Counted from the stretch's first letter, positions 29,204 to 44,035 are shown. The stretch: 64,000 bases of DNA from Eledone cirrhosa (GCA_964016885.1 OZ024749.1:45942001-46006000), one strand, 5' to 3'. Notes: generated from the sequence alone by a model not told the origin. Numbers and translations are program-made.

Positions 29204-30735
29204 CATATATATAACCATGTGAAACAAAATAAACTACAGATAAATAGACTAAACACACGAATACTTACATAGTCATTTCAATTTTATATCTTTGAGTTAT
29301 TTCCCTTTGTTGTACTACGTTTCCATAAGGGAGTGTTTAAAAGCGCCTAGTGATTACAGAAGGAATGTGATAGTGTTTAGAATATGACAACTCAACCAAA
29401 GAATACCAGATAATCTGCGCTCAAAACAGGAAACATTGAAAATATTGACCACTGTCTCCGTGACTAACGGTCCTCAAATAGTTGCTCACAGACTGGACAA
29501 TCTGCGACAGCACCGACAATCTATCCAGGGCTACAATGTACATCATTGCTGTCAAACACCATACTCGATCATTTTGCAAGAAAATAACGAGACAGAAACT
29601 GAGCGAAATTAGATATTGAATGTATGTCTTTTAAGTTGAACAATATATGAGTAGTATGAGTGATTGTGTGTGGGTGTGTGTAAATATATATTTTAGTATA
29701 TGTGTATGTGTATGTGTGTGGGGGGTATTTGTGTGTGCGTATATTTGTGTGTATGTGTGCGTTGTGTATGTGCGTAATAGACTACAATACGTTTATATGT
29801 ACTTTTATGTTTTATGTATACCACTTCATATATAGGTGAGTTCCATCGATGGCTGATTGATAAACGTATGTATGTGCATGTGTGAGGGGACATATGTTTG
29901 TGTGGCTGCGTGGACGTTTAGGTTGTAGGATTTAGATAATGATATATAATGGTAAATCACCATTCCACTTCATCAGCCCTTTCACCTCCTACACTAAATC
30001 CATCATCATCATCATCATCATCATCAACAAATACAACAACATAACCAACATCATTAACATCATTATCATTAGCATCATTGGCATCATCATCATCATCGTC
30101 GTCGTCACCATCATCATCATCAACATCATCATAATCATCATCATCATCATCATCATCATCATTATCATAGTAATGATCAAAGCAATATTGGAAAGACCAT
30201 AAAGCATACAGATTGAGCCATGTACCAAATTTAACTGTGATTACCTCAAATTGCAAAGACGTAGACGTTGTAATAAGAAGATGAAGAAAAAAATAAATAC
30301 AAAATAAAGTTACATAGAATATATTTTATTTTATCTTACAATGATTTTTCATTTTAATGTTTTGTTTATTTTGTTGTTAGTGCTTTCATCTATTTTACTT
30401 TTTTTTAATCAAGTTATCTCTTTCGTTACGAAATCGTCAATTCTCCTTCGTTCTTTGTCGTAATCCTTCTTCTTCCTCTTTCTCATCCCACGGTATATTT
30501 GATACTTAGAGAAGAAAAAAAATGATGCTGTCTACGTACTAACATTTGGTAGCACTTACTAAAATTGGGTGTAATAGGATAATCGTAGGTTATGGAAGTA
30601 CATTAAATGTAGCAACAGTACATTAAGAAATAGTAAAAAGAAAATGGGTTAAAATATATGGAAACAAAATTATTGTGTCAGCAAGTTTTCTGTGCAACAT
30701 TTTCGTCAGATTTTAGCTGTATATATACATATACA

Positions 30736-30820
<85 letters not shown>

Positions 30821-30823
30821 ATT

Positions 30824-30922
<99 letters not shown>

Positions 30923-30968
30923 TATATATATATACAGACAGACAGTCACACGCACACACATACACACA

Positions 30969-31026
<58 letters not shown>

Positions 31027-31204
31027 CATGCGAATTATCTCCAAAGAAACAATTGTAGAAATAAAAGATGTAATTTGGGTTTACCTTCTATATTTATGCT
31101 GTACGGCTTTCACGGTCTTCATTTTGCAGTATCGTAACCCATGGTAGTACACATAAGGCATGGATCCTATTCCTGTACGATGTCAAATTAAATAATGTAT
31201 CGAG

Positions 31205-31282
<78 letters not shown>

Positions 31283-31411
31283 GAGGTTATATTTAATTTG
31301 TTGGGATACAACAAGCAAAATATGTTTATAATTCATATAAAGTACTTAACAATTTATTGGAGTAAATAAACAATATATTAACAATGGAAACTATATTTAT
31401 AAAACCATATT

Positions 31412-31477
31412 TATTTCATTATACATATTTCAAGGCCCACCAAAACAAACTATGGTGCGCTTTCATCAGATAAAATA
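31412..31477 (-). ncRNA. Type I hammerhead ribozyme motif (family A, minus arm)
   Basis: Reverse complement of 31623-31688. Confidence 0.75.
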
Positions 31478-31622
31478 TAATATAGGTTAGTTTTATAAAT
31501 AAATATTGACATACCCTGAAAAAATGCAACCATTCTGGTTGGAATCTCCTGGAGATTCCAACCAGAATGATTGCATTTTTTCAGGGCATGTCAATATTTA
31601 TTTATAAAACTAACCTATATTA

Positions 31623-31688
31623 TATTTTATCTGATGAAAGCGCACCATAGTTTGTTTTGGTGGGCCTTGAAATATGTATAATGAAATA
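31623..31688 (+). ncRNA. Type I hammerhead ribozyme motif (family A, plus arm)
   Basis: tattttat CTGATGA aagcgcacca tagtttgttt tggtgggcctt GAAA tatgta TA atgaaata. Confidence 0.75.
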
Positions 31689-32067
31689 AATATGGTTTTA
31701 TAAATATAGTTTCCATTTGTTAATATATAGTATATATATATATATATATATATTTATTTATTAAAATAACAGATTAAAGTTTGGATTTTAGTCTTCAATT
31801 TTATTATTATTACTATATATATATATATATATAAATAAATATATATATATTACTATATATTATATAATAGATCGATACTCCAAGAATGAAGCTATGTGTG
31901 TTGCCGTTGTTAATGTTTATTCATTTGTTGATTTCTATATTTGTCTATTTCTGTATTGCTTTTCTTTCTAATGGGGAACAATTCTTTCAACAGGTATTTA
32001 AACAATCCTTATTTTCTGTTGATTCCAGTTATCATACATGGACGACATGTACACACAATTGACTCAG

Positions 32068-32104
<37 letters not shown>

Positions 32105-32116
32105 CTCTCTCTCCCA

Positions 32117-32187
<71 letters not shown>

Positions 32188-32294
32188 TTCCTCTCTCTCT
32201 CTCTCACTCTCTATTGATTACTTTATATTTATGCATCTATGTACATATGCATTTATATGTATACTGTCTCGCAATCCGAAACACTTCATGTCTC

Positions 32295-32328
<34 letters not shown>

Positions 32329-32331
<3 letters not shown>

Positions 32332-32958
32332 TACTCTTCGCTTGTCAGGACGGTCAAAGCCAGACAGTTAGAAAAAGATTCGGTTAAGTGAAATATCCGG
32401 ATAAGTGAATTCTAAAATCCCATTGTTACATAATTCTCGTGGTTTCTAATGTTTTGGCTTCTTTTAATCAAAATAAAAGACAAATGCTAAGTAAAGAAAG
32501 TGTATTAGAATAACAAAAGAACAGCTAGAATTTATAAGAAAATTAATTAAACAAACATAAGAATATGTAAAAACTTGGCAAAACTCAATTGAGTCAAACC
32601 TTAAAAAATTAGTAGAAGATTGTTTCAGCGCCGAAGCTCGTCGTTTCGCTACCATTTCCACGCTACAGCTGAACGGTCAACCACCTCCTTCATGTTTATC
32701 GCACGTAAAAATGGAATCATTCCCGTGTCACTTTTTCGATCAAATCCCACAGCAATTGTTTTCTGTAAATCCGCTTTAATGTCTCAAAAACTCTCTAGTC
32801 CATTGACTGAATAAGTGACGTAACGTTCGCCGGCAGAAATACTGCCCGAATCTGTCCGTCTGCCGAAATCAAGTCCTCCTCATCCGGAGGTAGTATAGAA
32901 ATAGCCGTCCGGTAAATCGAATTTCGGAAAAGCGATATTCGAATAAGCGATGATTCTG
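32329..32958 (-). mobile_element. pogo/Tigger-type transposon deletion derivative
   Basis: (TA)n-CAGTA...cgctt left end and aataagcgatgattCTG right end; subterminal cggataagtga-like repeats. Confidence 0.65.
32658..32890 (-). pseudogene. pogo/Tigger (DDE_1) transposase fragment
   Basis: Manual translation PPDEEDLISADGQIRAVFLPANVTSLIQSMD*RVFETLKRIYRKQLL, then after a frameshift FLRAINMKEVVDRSAVAW; fits the FLPPNxTSLIQPMDQ motif. Confidence 0.75.
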
Positions 32959-33253
32959 CATTATTTTTATCTCCATAGTTAATTTATTTGGCAATCAATG
33001 TTCATCATTGACTGACCAACGATTAAAAATACAGATATAAATATATATGTATAATCTAACAAACTTCTTTCGTTGCACATCTGCAACATCACCCGTGGTA
33101 CTATTATCATGTTTCCTCCTATTGTGTTGTGTTTACGCCATTTTTATTTTATTTATTTATTTATTTTTGTCTCCGTCTCTGCGCAATATATATTTGTTTC
33201 GACACATGATTTCATATCAAAAACCTCGCAAAACAATTATATATATATATATA

Positions 33254-33394
33254 CTTTATTCCGGGTTGAATTGGAGGTAACCACAGTAAGTAAGGTACTC
33301 CATACATAGCAGAGTATAAAAGTGTTAATATAGATGAGATTCTACAGGACTAGAACTGTTTCATTCTTTAGAAATTATCAGAAATCATCAGGAA

Positions 33395-33395
<1 letters not shown>
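33254..33395 (-). mobile_element. Family B mini-element with hammerhead (33336-33395), no fold-back
   Basis: Near-identical to 17771-17903, with a 10-bp duplication in stem II; (TA)n on both sides. Confidence 0.72.
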
Positions 33396-33428
<33 letters not shown>

Positions 33429-33585
33429 CATATATATATACAATGATAACCCATAAATTCCAGAGTTAAGCCATTCTTCACCAATAGTACTATGACCTGG
33501 AGGATAGTGAAACGTGCGTCAGAGGTGAATGAATATGTACACGATGGTAAATTGATACTTAGTTCTTATTATTTATTATTTGACG

Positions 33586-33760
33586 AGGATGGTGAATTGG
33601 TAGATTTGGTAAATCTTCGAGTTACGGCCCTATCCGTGGTTAACCTTGCCTTTCATCCTTACGGGATCTATAAAATAAAGTACCAGTAACGCACTGGGTT
33701 CGATTTAATCGACTTTTGCCACATCTAAAATGGTTGGCCTTATGCTTAAATCAGAAATCA
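33586..33760 (+). mobile_element. Older long-tail OK-like SINE
   Basis: Core gcctttcatccttacgggatctataaaataaagtaccag plus gggttcgatttaatcgact segment. Confidence 0.75.
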
Positions 33761-33797
33761 ATGTTATAAATCATTATTTTCATATGAATGTATGTTT

Positions 33798-33849
<52 letters not shown>

Positions 33850-34758
33850 AATAGTTTGTGATATGAGTAAGTAATTGTCAGTATGTATTTGTGTGCAGGT
33901 ATCTGCTTTTACCATATAAGTGAGTAAATATGCACGTATGTATTTATATGTACACACGCATACAAACACTCACATACACGCACACACATGTACATATTCA
34001 TGTACACACACATGTACACCACTCAGACCAACATTTCACACGATTGTCACACGGGAGAAGAAGCCTTTGGCCATTAAATCGACCGCCCACTGGGAGACAC
34101 AGAGACTGAGGAACTTTGTATGGTCAGATGGCGTGTGGCTATTAAAAAAAAACGTTATTCTGCATTGTTGACTCAAAACCCATTATCGTTGTTATTATTT
34201 GTATTATTGCTATTATTTATGTTTTTCATTTCGATTTGCTATTTGGTTTTTTTATTTTTAACTTGTTTTTTTCTGTGGATTTTTCTAGGATTTTCATGTG
34301 TTTTTTATTTTTATTTTTATTATTTATTTCTTCATCTTTCTATCGTCAGTCAACTTCCCATGGGGAAGATGGTTATGTGGGGGATAGAAGATAGCCAAGT
34401 AGGATTTATATAAGAAACAAAAGTGGAAAAAGTGTAGAGAAATGGTTAAGAGGAAGGTGAATGTAACATAAAATAAAATATAAAGGAAAAATCAATGGCA
34501 AAAAAAAAGAATCATTTAAAAACCTATTAATTTCTAACGCAATTGGTTTGGATGGTCGAGAGATAACACACGCATTTATATACACAAGAAGAAACCACAC
34601 ATACTTACACATTCGCATTCGCACCTATACACAAAAACAGAGTCATGTTTATATATATATATATGCATATATTTAGAATCTAATACCAACACAGTTTGTA
34701 CTGCACTCATCGTTATTTCTTTTTTGTTTACTTACACACACACACACATATTTAATAA

Positions 34759-34790
<32 letters not shown>

Positions 34791-34802
34791 TATATATGCA
34801 TG

Positions 34803-34837
<35 letters not shown>

Positions 34838-34903
34838 ATGATTGTATACATTTATATTTATGTTTAAACAAACGTAAATGCGCTTTACATGACAGTAATA
34901 TAT

Positions 34904-35058
<155 letters not shown>

Positions 35059-35453
35059 TATATGCGCTCAATACAAAGAGGCATACATGAGTACGTACAG
35101 ACAAAGGTAGATCGTAATGCATAACTGGACACTTACAGTCACACAAATATATACATAGTTAGATTCATACACGTGTCTGCATGTATCAAAGTGATTCATT
35201 TCATATAGTTTTACACTGACTAAGACACAGGCGTTTGTATCATTATTTTTTTCAAGTACATATCTATACAACCAATCGCAGATATTAGGGGTTATTTTTT
35301 TTTTGTGGTTTATAGCCAAAGCAAACAACGATCGTGCAGCATTTGATTACATGCCTGGACGGTTTTGATATTTCTAGAATTTCTACCCAAGCATTCCTAT
35401 GTAGCATCCTCTTCCTCTCTCTTCCCGTACACTCTCCTCTCTCTCTCTCTGTC

Positions 35454-35498
<45 letters not shown>

Positions 35499-35812
35499 GT
35501 CTCTCTATCGCTCTCTCTCTCTCTCTCTCTCTCTCTTTGTCTTGTGTTTTTCCAACGCAACATCCAATCCAATATGATAGTAAGGCGAAGTATTCGATCC
35601 AGGTAATTTCTCAATATTCTACCCGAATTTGTTCCATCCAGGCTTTTGCAATCATTTACTGAAATTGTGAAGTTTTTCGATAATTTTCAACACGTTTCCT
35701 ACGGTCAGAATTCTGTGTTAAATAAGTCCTACCAAAGTTTGAGAAGAAAGTAAGGAACAGTTTAGACTTACGTCGCAACATCCCTGGAATTGCACATTAT
35801 TCTTAACCACTT

Positions 35813-35955
35813 GTGTAGGTGGTTTGGCAGTATGGGTAGAGAGTCAGACGTCGTGCTTTACAGCATAGAGTTACGGCTCTTTATGGTCTGAGTTCAAATT
35901 ACACCGAGGTTAAATTTACATTTTATCCTTACGGGGTCGATAAAATAAAGTACCA
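35813..35955 (+). mobile_element. 3'-truncated OK-like SINE with 17-bp TSD
   Basis: attattcttaaccactt at 35796-35812 and 35956-35972; element stops at aaagtacca. Confidence 0.85.
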
Positions 35956-36012
35956 ATTATTCTTAACCACTTCAATATTCCACTGCTTAGATCGTTCATC
36001 CAGAAAATATTA

Positions 36013-36279
36013 TAATAATTTTTTCTACTTTTGGCACAAGTCCAGCAATTATCCAGTACATTACTGGTACTCTATTTTATCGACCCCGTATATAATAATG
36101 GTTTCTACTTTTTGCACAAGGCCAGCAATTATTCAGTACATTACTGGTACTTTATTTTATCGACCCTGTAAGGAAGAAACGCAAAGTTAACCTCGGCGGG
36201 ATTTTAACTCAGTTCGTAAAGTAACTGTGCTGCAAAGCATGGCGTCTGACCCTCTTCCGATACTGCCAATCCACCGCCA
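36013..36279 (-). mobile_element. OK-like SINEs: 3' fragment (36013-36090) plus full copy (36095-36279)
   Basis: Motif match. Confidence 0.85.
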
Positions 36280-36677
36280 TAATATTAATAATACATATGC
36301 TCTCAATACTTTACGTTTTAGCAGGAAACTAGGGTTTGCAGATTCGAGTACAACGGAATATTAACTTTGATTGGCCAGGTTTCCAGCAATTAATAGCAAT
36401 CTTCCAAATCTATCAGGAAACGTCACTTCGTCGTCTTCACTGAGAAATATGGTGATGCAGATTTTGATCTCCGTAACGATATCTTTACAATAGCAGGAGG
36501 CCAACAATTTGGAGGAAGGATAAAGTGGATTATATCAACTAAATTATTTGACTAATACGTTACTGTAATGGTGACTATACGACAGGTGTAGGGAAATAGA
36601 AAAAATATTATACTTGCAAATAAAATTATTTTCAAATATTATTATTTTTATATATAATAATATTTAAAAAGAATTTG

Positions 36678-37075
36678 GGGCGGTGGATTGGCAGTATCGG
36701 TAGAGGGTCGGACGCCATGCTTTCCAGCATAGTTACGTCCCTTTACGATCTGAGTTTAAATCCCGCCGAGGTTGACTTTTCCTTTCATCCTTACGGAGTC
36801 GATAAAATAAAGTACCAGTAATGCACTGGGTAATTACTGGCCTTGTGCCTAAAGTAGAAACAATTATTTTTATATATAATACATAGGCGGTGAATTGTGA
36901 ATATCGGTAGAGAGTCGGACGCCGTGCTTTCCAGCATAGAGTTACCCCGCTTTATGGTCTGTGTTCAAATCCCGCCGAGGTTAACTTTGCCCTTCATCCT
37001 TACGAGGAGATAAGAGAAATTACTATTAATGGAATAGATAATTTCTGGCCTTGTGCCAATAGTAGAAACAATTAT
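36678..37075 (+). mobile_element. Two tandem OK-like SINEs (36678-36866, 36886-37075)
   Basis: attatttttatatataata at 36641-36659 and 36863-36881, with a degenerate third copy from 37071. Confidence 0.9.
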
Positions 37076-37579
37076 ATTTATATATTATGACATTTTTATA
37101 ATATAATAATAATTAAATTTCACCTTTAGGCCTACGACATGACTGGAACAACATTCTGACTTTCTTTTATCCATATGTATACATTTGTCACATATTATCT
37201 GTATCCCATGCTCTCATTGGCTGCATTACTCTTTATCTATATTTGTCCTTCTTCACTTTTGCGTTTTATCCATCGTTATATTTCCCTTGATTCTATTTAC
37301 TCGGTTTCAATCTTAAGATCCCAAATAAAAGGATTCGTGCTAAGCGTCTTTGATTTATAAGCAAAACATTATAAGCTATTATACATACAAACACACTTTG
37401 TCACATACACTCATACGTGTGTACGTGTAGATTTAAGTATGTACATACAAGTCTGTATGCCCGTGTATTTGTATATGTGTGTATGTGTAGATTTACATGT
37501 GTGTATGTCCGTATATATGTATATATATAAATGTGTAAGTGAAGATTTACGTATGTATATACAAGTCTATATGCCCGTA

Positions 37580-37613
<34 letters not shown>

Positions 37614-37789
37614 TGCGTGTATATATACATGTATGTCCGTATATATGCGTGCATGTTATTGTTTGTGTATCTTTCAAAATGGCTACCAGAATGTGATTCT
37701 GTGTAGACTTTCCGTTTACGATTTTCTCTCTACATTACTCATACAGTACAGTAAAGAGGGAATGAAAGAATATAATGATGTAGGATCGA

Positions 37790-37790
37790 G

Positions 37791-37865
<75 letters not shown>

Positions 37866-37866
37866 A
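37790..37866. repeat. (AAAG)n microsatellite
   Basis: Direct reading. Confidence 0.95.
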
Positions 37867-38100
37867 GGAAAATGTGAGAAATAAAGGCAAATAAAATGAA
37901 AGGGAGAAAGTAGGACGGAAAAAGAAAACAACGAACTGTAAGAAATAAATATATAAAGGTATCTAAAATAGGAACTTATGAAAGAACAATGAATTTAGTA
38001 AGAAATAAAAAATATGTGGAGAGAGAAAGAAGCCGAATAGATAGAGACAGACATATACACACACACAAACACAAACATATATATATAAATATACACACAA

Positions 38101-38199
<99 letters not shown>

Positions 38200-38275
38200 T
38201 ATAAATACATATATATATATAAGTATATGTATATATATATATACATATATACATATATATATATGTGTTTATATG

Positions 38276-38335
<60 letters not shown>

Positions 38336-38859
38336 CAGTATATATGTGTGTGTGTGTTTGTATTTATGTATGTATATATAACAAATATATACACATACAA
38401 ATATACCTGAGAATCGGAGTGTGTGTATATGTGTGAGAGAGAGATAGGTAGATAGAGATAGATATATAGAGAGAGAGAAGGCCAGACAACATAGAGCAAC
38501 AGACTAGGGAGATTAAAAACAGAAGAAAGACAGTTTTTTTGTGGGAAAAAAAACCAACAACTTTATTTAATCCTCATGCATATTATATTTATTATCATTT
38601 GGTATTATTAGTATTATTAGTCGCCATCGGAACGTGTTGTTTTCTCGATAGTTGGAGCTGTTATTTGAAGATATTCATTCATTACGCACCTATTTTTTGT
38701 GTGTGTTTTTCACTATCTCTTTAATGCGTAAATGTATCTGTATGTGTGCATAGCTGGGAGAGTTTACACTGCTTTCGTGCCTAACACCACGTAATTGTTT
38801 ATAAATAAAGGAATACTGGCACAGAAATGTATTCACATAAACATGGATGAGATATTGGC

Positions 38860-38966
<107 letters not shown>

Positions 38967-39059
38967 TGTGTGTGTGTGTGTGTGTGTGTCTGTGTATTTG
39001 TCTGTGTGTGTGTCAGTGCATACGCGGCTCTTAGCGTGTGTATATGCACGTGCATGTAT

Positions 39060-39251
<192 letters not shown>

Positions 39252-39636
39252 AATCGAATCGATACATAAAGTTTGGAAGTTAAATATGTTGTGTATATAT
39301 AGATTTATTTATCTGTGCATTACCTATGGTTTTTCTCGCCGTAAACGAATATGTCTAACTCATCAGATGTTTTATGATTATGTGGCAAGCGACTGAGATA
39401 TCTGTGTATATATTATTACCTATAAATAATACTAAATCACATGTTTGCAACTGTCCTGATTTCTTAGCTCTGAATGTTGAAATTGTCCATGTTTAACGAA
39501 GACTACATTTATCTGGCTTCAAATCAGATGCAATTAGTTTCATTGATTGTTATTATCTTGAAGATGTCTAACTAAATCCTGCTGAAATATCTTGAAATAA
39601 TTTAGATATACGATATTTGTCAGGACATGCAGAACG

Positions 39637-40031
39637 GGTCTGATACTTGGACACTGACCAAGAAACTCACTCAGATGGTGGATGGGTGATACACGAGAAT
39701 GCTGTGGATGGCTCTGAACATTAATCAGTATACACTCAGGATGAAGAACTCAGAGCTGTACGGGAGCCTCCCAAAAGTCAGCTTGAGAGTGACACAGAGG
39801 ACACTGACGTTAGCTGGACATGCTCACCGACATCCAGAGTTGACACTGCATTCAGTGCTCCTGTGGGAGCCCCTGAATGGACACACTAGAAAAGGAAGAC
39901 CGAGGTTAACATATGCTGATGTCCTAAGGACACACACTGGTCTCTTGGAGGCGCAGGACATGGCAGCGATAATGAGAGACAGAGACCGCTGGAGAGAACT
40001 CGTCCATGAATCTCAGGAATTTTACCCGCCC
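39637..40031 (+). mobile_element. RTE-type LINE, 5'-truncated 3' end
   Basis: [45 protein letters not shown]...EFYPP; same family as 11331-11917. Confidence 0.88.
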
Positions 40032-40167
40032 TACATAGATAAATGCATAAAAAACCCGGAAAACTAACATTAGTTTTACCATGGAAATAAGGAAGACTAT
40101 TCATAGTTGTATCTTACCTAGACAAATAGCGAATATAAAGGTTCATTAGATCAGCACAAGTATTTAA

Positions 40168-40670
40168 GTGATAGTGTTGGAAAAATTGGTAGAGCGTCGG
40201 TGAAAAAACATTGCAGTATTTAGTTATAACACTTTACGTTCTGAGTTCAAATTTCGCCGAGTTTAGCTTTGCATTTCATCCTTACGGGGTCGATAAAGTA
40301 AAGCATCATTGAGACCTAGGGTGGATTTAAATCAACTCTCTCCTCCCCTTCAAATTTCTGGCGTTGTGCCTAAAATGATTTCACGTATAGGCCCAAGGCC
40401 AGTAATTTGAGAGAAGGGGATTAAGCCGACCCCATTACGTTACGGTTACTTTATTTTATCGACCCCGTAAGGATGAAAGGCAAAGGTAACCTCGGTGAGA
40501 TTGCTTAGTGCCTAAAACAGAAACAATTATTATTTCCTCTCCACCAAAATTATTGGCCTTGTGCCTAATTCAGAAACCACTATTTCATGGTTTCCAAGCG
40601 CACATGGTTGGTAGTATCGGTAGAGCTTTGCAGCATAGTGTTACGTCTCTTTACGTTCTAAGTTCAATTT
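40168..40670. mobile_element. Cluster of older OK-like SINE copies and fragments on both strands
   Basis: Plus copy ~40168-40375 (long-tail), minus ~40378-40500, further fragments to 40670. Confidence 0.75.
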
Positions 40671-41386
40671 AAGTGCGAAATATGGAAACATGGGTAGAGA
40701 TTAAGTGGGTAATAGAGACGAGATGATGTTGAGGAGAGTGAGAGTATGTTTACGAGTGAGTGGGGAAAGTAGTTGTATGTGATAGACCGTAAATAGAAAA
40801 TAGAGCATTAGTGATAGAGAAAAGTAAGGAGCAAGAAACAGAGCGGAAGTAAAAGGTAGGTAATGTGTGAGAGACAATAGAAGCAAGTATTATAGATTAA
40901 ATGTGAGGAGGTAAAAATTGAAGTGAGAGATAAAGAATAGAGGCGAACACTTTGATAAAGATATAAAATGTAAATGAGGTGAAAGAAGGCAGTAAAAAAT
41001 TGGGACAGGTGAAATAAGGAAGAAAGATGGGAGAGAAGGGAACATGAATATGCAGAAAATGTTACAATGTTGAAAGTGGAGGATTGAAAGAACGAGAATC
41101 TGGGTGAGATAGATATCACAAATATCACCCCAATCAAAATATCTGGAAAGAGGAAAAGACGAATAGGAAGCAATAAACCACAATATATGGAGACATTAAC
41201 AAAAGGATTTAACAACTTATGAGGGATTATAGTGTTGGTAATGGTGGGAAGAGGTCAGATTAGATGTAACAAGTATCCGGTTGTCCGTCAAATGGCTTTT
41301 ACAAAAGGTGAGGGAAGACCACACTCATGGTCATTCTCTCTCACACTCTCTTTCTCTCTCAATATATATACATACATATATATATA

Positions 41387-41445
<59 letters not shown>

Positions 41446-43372
41446 GGGGGGGGGGTGTTTGTGTGTGTGTGTGTATGTATGTATGTTTAATTTCAGATGC
41501 TTTTAATAATGTACGAGTAAGATTCTATCCAGGGCAACAAATCCCCAAGCGAAATCGACTTTAAAACCAATAACAGCAGCAAGAAGAAGAAGAAGAAGAA
41601 GAAGAAGAAGAAGAAGAAGAAGAAGAAGAAGAAGAATATCACTTTAAATAATGAAATTGAAAATTGAGTTGTTTAGTTCGTTCGTGGTTAGTATGTCGGA
41701 TTACATCGCTGGCGTGTTAAACGACATAGAATCGCAGGAGTTCAATTCCATGCGCACTTGAAGAAGAGCAAAGATAGACATTAACACATATTCACCCGAG
41801 ATATTGATGAGTAAAATCTGGTAGGGGCTTTCATCTTTAAAACCCCATTAAACTATCTTCGTCCAACCAATCATTAAACAGTTTGGGGGGTCATCTTTTA
41901 TCTAATAGCCTTATTTATTATACATAACTGCCAGAATACGCCACACATCCCCACAATAAACCATTACAAGCATCACTACTAGTTAACGTCTTTGGAAGAG
42001 ACAAGACGAGGCAGTTCTGGTTTAACGCCTTTTTCATCTTCGACCATAAATCGGGTAGCGGAAAGAAGTTATAGCACTTTGTCAACACATGAAGATTGCA
42101 CGTCAGCTCATAATCACTCGCTACAACTACCACACACTCCCTGATCATAGAACATCAAAAACAACAACAGAAGCTCCAACAACAGCAGCAGCTCAAATCA
42201 CAGCAACAACAACTAAAAGAGCAACATGATTAGAGCTAAATAAATCCGCAAAGTACTGTTAATCTCACCGACATATCGTCGAAGAACAGCCGAGTAAGAA
42301 TCTATCTGTGCATTTGTGCATGTGTGCATTTGTGCATGTATACATATGTACATGTGTGCATATGTCCATGTGTGCATGTGTAAATGTGTACATGTGTGCA
42401 CATGTGCATGTGGGCATTTGTTCATGTGTACATGTGTGTATACGTGCCTCGGTGTTTTTGTTTTATTTGACTGTATGTATCTGGAAGTGCATGTGAATTT
42501 ATAAGTACATGTGTCTTTCGTCGATTATATCAGTATGTGTGGGTGTCTCGAAGGATTTCGTGTATCTGTGTTTGTGTGTCTGCTTCAGCGTGTGTGTATG
42601 CATGATTACATGTATAAGAGTATGTGTGTGTGTCTGTAAGTGTATTTGTTAAAGTGAGTATATATGTGTGTGTATGAGTGTTTGTCAGTATGTATGTATA
42701 TGTATGTGTGCGCATGTGTTTGTGTGTCTGTAAGAATATGTGTTTGAATGAGGATATATGTGTGTGCGAGTGTGTGTCAGTCTGTATGTATGTATATGTG
42801 TATGTATTTGAGTAAATATGTGTGCGCAAGTGTTTGTGTGTGTGTCTGTAAGAATATGTGTTTGAGTGAGAATATATGTGCGTGTATGTGTGAGTGTGTG
42901 TCAGTGGGTATGTATGTATATGTGTTTGAGTGAATATCGGTGTGCATGTGTGTGTGTGTGTATGTGTGTGTGTGTGTGAGGGTGTGTGTGTGCGTGTGTC
43001 AAGACGAAAGGATAATCGAAGGGAATAATGCGGGAAGAAAGACAATTATACAAAATGAGAAATAAATCAAATATAAAAAAGATTTTCAAAAATATATTTC
43101 AAGAAAGACAATGAGAAAATGGCGTCTTATCGATCAGTCTATGTCCTTGACACGTGCCAAATGTCCTTCTTCTTCCTTGATGCTTCGCTGCTGCACAATG
43201 GATTTCACACATAAAACATATAGTAATCAGTGAAGCACTGATAAACCTCCAACATGTAATACTCCAATATGAAAATACACATACACAAACGTATATAAAC
43301 ACACTCAAACTGGTACAGACACACAGACAGACACCCACCCACACACACACAAACACACACACACACACGCAC

Positions 43373-43404
<32 letters not shown>

Positions 43405-43661
43405 CACACACATACACACACATATATATGTTTATATATATATATATATATATATTGTTTTGTGCATAGTGTACGATGTTGAGCTGAGGACTCAGAGTGC
43501 AGCCGTATATTTTTAATATGTCTACAAATGAGACTCAATATATATATATAGCTGCGTATGTGTGTGTGTGGGGGTCTCTGAGTTGATACCTATTTCTTCA
43601 TTTTCAAAACTGACAATATGAGAGTCAAAACATTCTGATATATATATATATATGTGTGTAT

Positions 43662-43855
43662 ATAGTAATAATAATAAATTTGAAAACTAAAATCCAAAGA
43701 GGGCTCGATAAGGATAAATATATATCAAATATATAAGAACCATAGAGCAAACATTTATTTTCAGAAGATTTTCAGTGTTTCAGAAGATCCCGTTAAGGGT
43801 GAAAGCAGCGATTGTTTGCTTAAACTTTAATCTTTAATCTGTTATTTTAATAAAT
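43662..43855 (+). mobile_element. Family E mini-element in (TA)n with mutated hammerhead (43777-43825)
   Basis: gttt CAGAAGA t-ccc-gttaa-ggg-t GAAA gca...tgc TT aaac; its ends recur at 31756-31815 (minus) and 60727-60750. Confidence 0.5.
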
Positions 43856-43860
43856 ATATG

Positions 43861-43981
<121 letters not shown>

Positions 43982-44035
43982 CATATATATATTAATACAA
44001 ATATTAATAAAAATAGACATTCGTGTGATCAAGTA

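Larger units (their letters stand above)
31279..31728 (-). mobile_element. Penelope-like mini-element, family A, 356-bp palindrome (31373-31728)
   Basis: ~177-bp arms around a single T at 31550 (ggaatctcc-t-ggagattcc), about 3 differences; embedded in (TA)n. Confidence 0.8.
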
